From Acidimicrobiaceae bacterium (GTDB lineage Bacteria; Actinomycetota; Acidimicrobiia; Acidimicrobiales; Bog-793), in contig PLKG01000097.1 in the NCBI GenBank assembly GCA_003140595.1, positions 27,495-91,494 on the forward strand: a stretch of 64,000 nt of DNA, written 5' to 3'. This document shows, piece by piece, positions 62,056 to 64,000 of this stretch (positions within the stretch are counted from its first letter, which is position 1; each line of letters starts with the position of its first letter). Below the pieces are notes generated by a model, which was given only the letters and a program-made list of their open reading frames with translations, was not told the DNA's origin and made no database searches. Both the position numbers and the translations under genes were made by a program.

Positions 62056-63293
62056 TTTGTCGGCACTCCCGCAGGCGCTGCGCAAGCATCCGGATCGTAG
62101 GGCGGAGCCGGATACAAAGGGACGTCCCTCGCACTCGAGATCGTGCTCACACCTGGCCGGTCACCTTCTCGACCTAGGACCGCCGGCGTCGGCTTGCCCC
62201 GGCCGACTTCGAGATCGAAGAAACCCACCGACACCCGCTCCACCTCGCCAGCCGCTGCACCTTCACCGACGTAGGGACCGAGGTGCGTGGCGTCCTCCAG
62301 AGCGAGGTACCACTTCGGACCCGTCACCATGTTGTAGAGCGCGGAGCTGTCGGCGGGATAGTTGCACGCGTCAGTCAAGCTCTGAACCACGAGCACCGCG
62401 GGCCCGACGCGGCTCGGCGCCGAGTAGACATCCCCGGTGCGGGTCCATTCAGCCCCTGAAAGCAGTGCCACGGCGATCGGGTGAACCGGCATCGAGGCCC
62501 GGGTCCTCGCGTACGCGCGGTCGTAAACGAGCGCGGCGACGGTGTCCGCGCCGTCGGACTGCCCGGCGAGGATGAGGTGGGCAGGGTCCACCAAGCCGGC
62601 CAGATAGGCCGCGTACGGCGGTGGCGAGCGATGTGCCGCCCCGATGACCTGCGAGACCACGAAGGCGACATCAGCGGGCTGGTTGAAGATGTCGTACTCG
62701 GTGTCGACACCGTGCTGGGCTTGGATCGCGGCGAGGGTCGTGTCGGGAAAGAAGGGCGCGACGACCACGTAGCCCGCTGCGACCCAGGACACGAGCAGCG
62801 CGCGATAGGTGTTGGGGTCCACGTCGTAGCCGTGGGCGAACACGATCACCGGGTAAGGACCGTAACGGTAGGCGGGGGCCGCCCAGGGCTTGACCACACG
62901 TGCCTTGACCGCCACGGTCGGGTAGAGGATCTCCACCTGCATGATCCGCCCGGGCGAGGAGGTGCCTTCGTAGAAGTTCTCAGTCGTACCACGGGTATCG
63001 GTCCATGTCGCGACCGACACGCCGACGCCGAATGCAGCGGGCGCCTTGTCCAAGGCCCACCCTTTGCCCGTCGCGCCTGTCGCCGCGACCTCGGCGTGGT
63101 CGCCCCCGACAGCGTGTCTCTTGGCTTGAGCGACTGCTCCTCGCGGCGCCGTCGTGCCGAGATGAGTGTCCCCGGCCGCCGGCGAGCACGCCGACAAGGC
63201 CAACGCGGCGACGAGAAGGACGACAACGCCTGCAGCTCTCGACGACCTCGGCCGGGACGCGACTCGATCCCGCCGGATTGCGAGGGCCTCCAC
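62052..63293 (-). CDS. Lipoprotein alpha/beta hydrolase (PAF-acetylhydrolase / chlorophyllase-like lipase fold)
   Basis: Lipobox LALSAC after a basic N-terminus. YPVIVFAHGY. Nucleophile elbow GQSDG. Confidence 0.6.
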   Translation of the reverse strand: MEALAIRRDRVASRPRSSRAAGVVVLLVAALALSACSPAAGDTHLGTTAPRGAVAQAKRHAVGGDHAEVAATGATGKGWALDKAPAAFGVGVSVATWTDTRGTTENFYEGTSSPGRIMQVEILYPTVAVKARVVKPWAAPAYRYGPYPVIVFAHGYDVDPNTYRALLVSWVAAGYVVVAPFFPDTTLAAIQAQHGVDTEYDIFNQPADVAFVVSQVIGAAHRSPPPYAAYLAGLVDPAHLILAGQSDGADTVAALVYDRAYARTRASMPVHPIAVALLSGAEWTRTGDVYSAPSRVGPAVLVVQSLTDACNYPADSSALYNMVTGPKWYLALEDATHLGPYVGEGAAAGEVERVSVGFFDLEVGRGKPTPAVLGREGDRPGVSTISSARDVPLYPAPPYDPDACAAPAGVPTN

Positions 63294-63369
63294 GACTCAA
63301 ATCTACCGGCGCCCGGGGCGACCCAGAAGAGCGGCCAAGCGAGAAGCCGAGATCAGCGCTGTAACGAGT

Positions 63370-63855
63370 TCATCGGGGTTGCCAGATCATTACCACCACA
63401 GCGGCTATGAAACACAACGAGACCACCGAGGCGCCGCTTTGCACGACACGGCAAGCATCCCGGAACTCGCCAAGGCCGGGCGGCGGCCCATCTGCGCTGT
63501 CAGGCAGATCTGCCAGCCACAACTGGATCCTCCGCTCGGCGGGCCAGCACCGGCCAGTCGCGATCGACGCCGCGAGGACCCAACAACCAAGCCCGATCCA
63601 CGGCCAGGCCTGCGAGTCAGCGGAGCGGTCCCCTGCGCACAACACGATCGCGCCGAGGACAGGGGTCACGAGCAGCGATCTCTCCGCCCAGTTCGTGCTG
63701 AGATGGAAGTACCGCCGCAGCGCTGGATCCTGGCGCGGCTCGGTCGCCTCGCGGGCACTGGCCGCGTAGGTGCCAGAGAGGCCGACCGCGCCGAAACCGA
63801 TTACCGCGCTCAGGACGTGAAGTCCCACCAACAGGTCATAACCGGGCCCTGTCAT
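63370..63855 (-). CDS. Hypothetical integral membrane protein (about 4 TM)
   Basis: 161 aa with hydrophobic segments LLVGLHVLSAVIGFGAVGL, LLVTPVLGAIVLCA, WIGLGCWVLAASIA and VVSLCFIAAVVVMIW. Confidence 0.6.
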   Translation of the reverse strand: MTGPGYDLLVGLHVLSAVIGFGAVGLSGTYAASAREATEPRQDPALRRYFHLSTNWAERSLLVTPVLGAIVLCAGDRSADSQAWPWIGLGCWVLAASIATGRCWPAERRIQLWLADLPDSADGPPPGLGEFRDACRVVQSGASVVSLCFIAAVVVMIWQPR

Positions 63856-63953
63856 GTCGGATGCCGACTCAAGGTGCCTATTGTGGCGATAGCTTTAAAA
63901 GTGATGACAATCATCTGCCGAGCTTCTGCTTCGAAGGAGGTCCTCGTCCGCGC

Positions 63954-64000
63954 GTGAACCAGCTTCGCATTGATCCGCTTTCGGGACGGTGGGTGACGGT
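63954..64000 (+). CDS. 5' end of a gene leaving the window; the N-terminus resembles galactose-1-phosphate uridylyltransferase
   Basis: GTG AAC CAG CTT CGC ATT GAT CCG CTT TCG GGA CGG TGG GTG = VNQLRIDPLSGRWV, matching the R-x-DPL-[ST]-G-x-WV start of GalT-like proteins. GAAGGAGG lies 13 nt upstream. Confidence 0.35.
   Translation, partial: MNQLRIDPLSGRWVT

Overview
High-GC (roughly two-thirds G+C by eye) actinobacterial-type chromosomal core region, densely coded on both strands. I recognised no rRNA, tRNA, CRISPR array, prophage or intact mobile element. The backbone is an almost complete branched-chain amino acid (BCAA) and serine biosynthesis neighbourhood: cimA-ilvE-leuB, greA-leuCD, leuA, serA, aspC, serC, ilvBNC and ilvD. 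It is followed by gatCAB, a PASTA Ser/Thr kinase, ligA and iscS-mnmA. This gene order resembles the leuD-to-trmU region of mycobacteria. Other blocks are a LexA-boxed imuA'-imuB mutasome cassette, an ECF sigma / RskA-type anti-sigma / M48 peptidase triad, two c-di-GMP turnover genes flanking a 1.16 kb degenerate spacer, and a compact arsenic island (arsC-acr3-arsI divergent from arsR-arsM). The best unannotated signals are two short leader-peptide ORFs. MTDERFFRVLLLT lies upstream of leuA and MSANDCLVLIT upstream of ilvB. Each is followed by a strong hairpin plus U-tract, which is the layout of a classical translation-coupled attenuator. I also found a near-consensus SOS box and repeated half-sites in the ars divergent promoter. 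I did not find a convincing wholly novel multi-gene system. The most speculative candidates are the sigma/anti-sigma/M48 module with its upstream 588-aa secreted protein, and the hypothetical gene coupled to cimA. All family calls come from motif recognition by eye, not database searches. Many start codons are chosen by RBS or overlap logic and remain uncertain.
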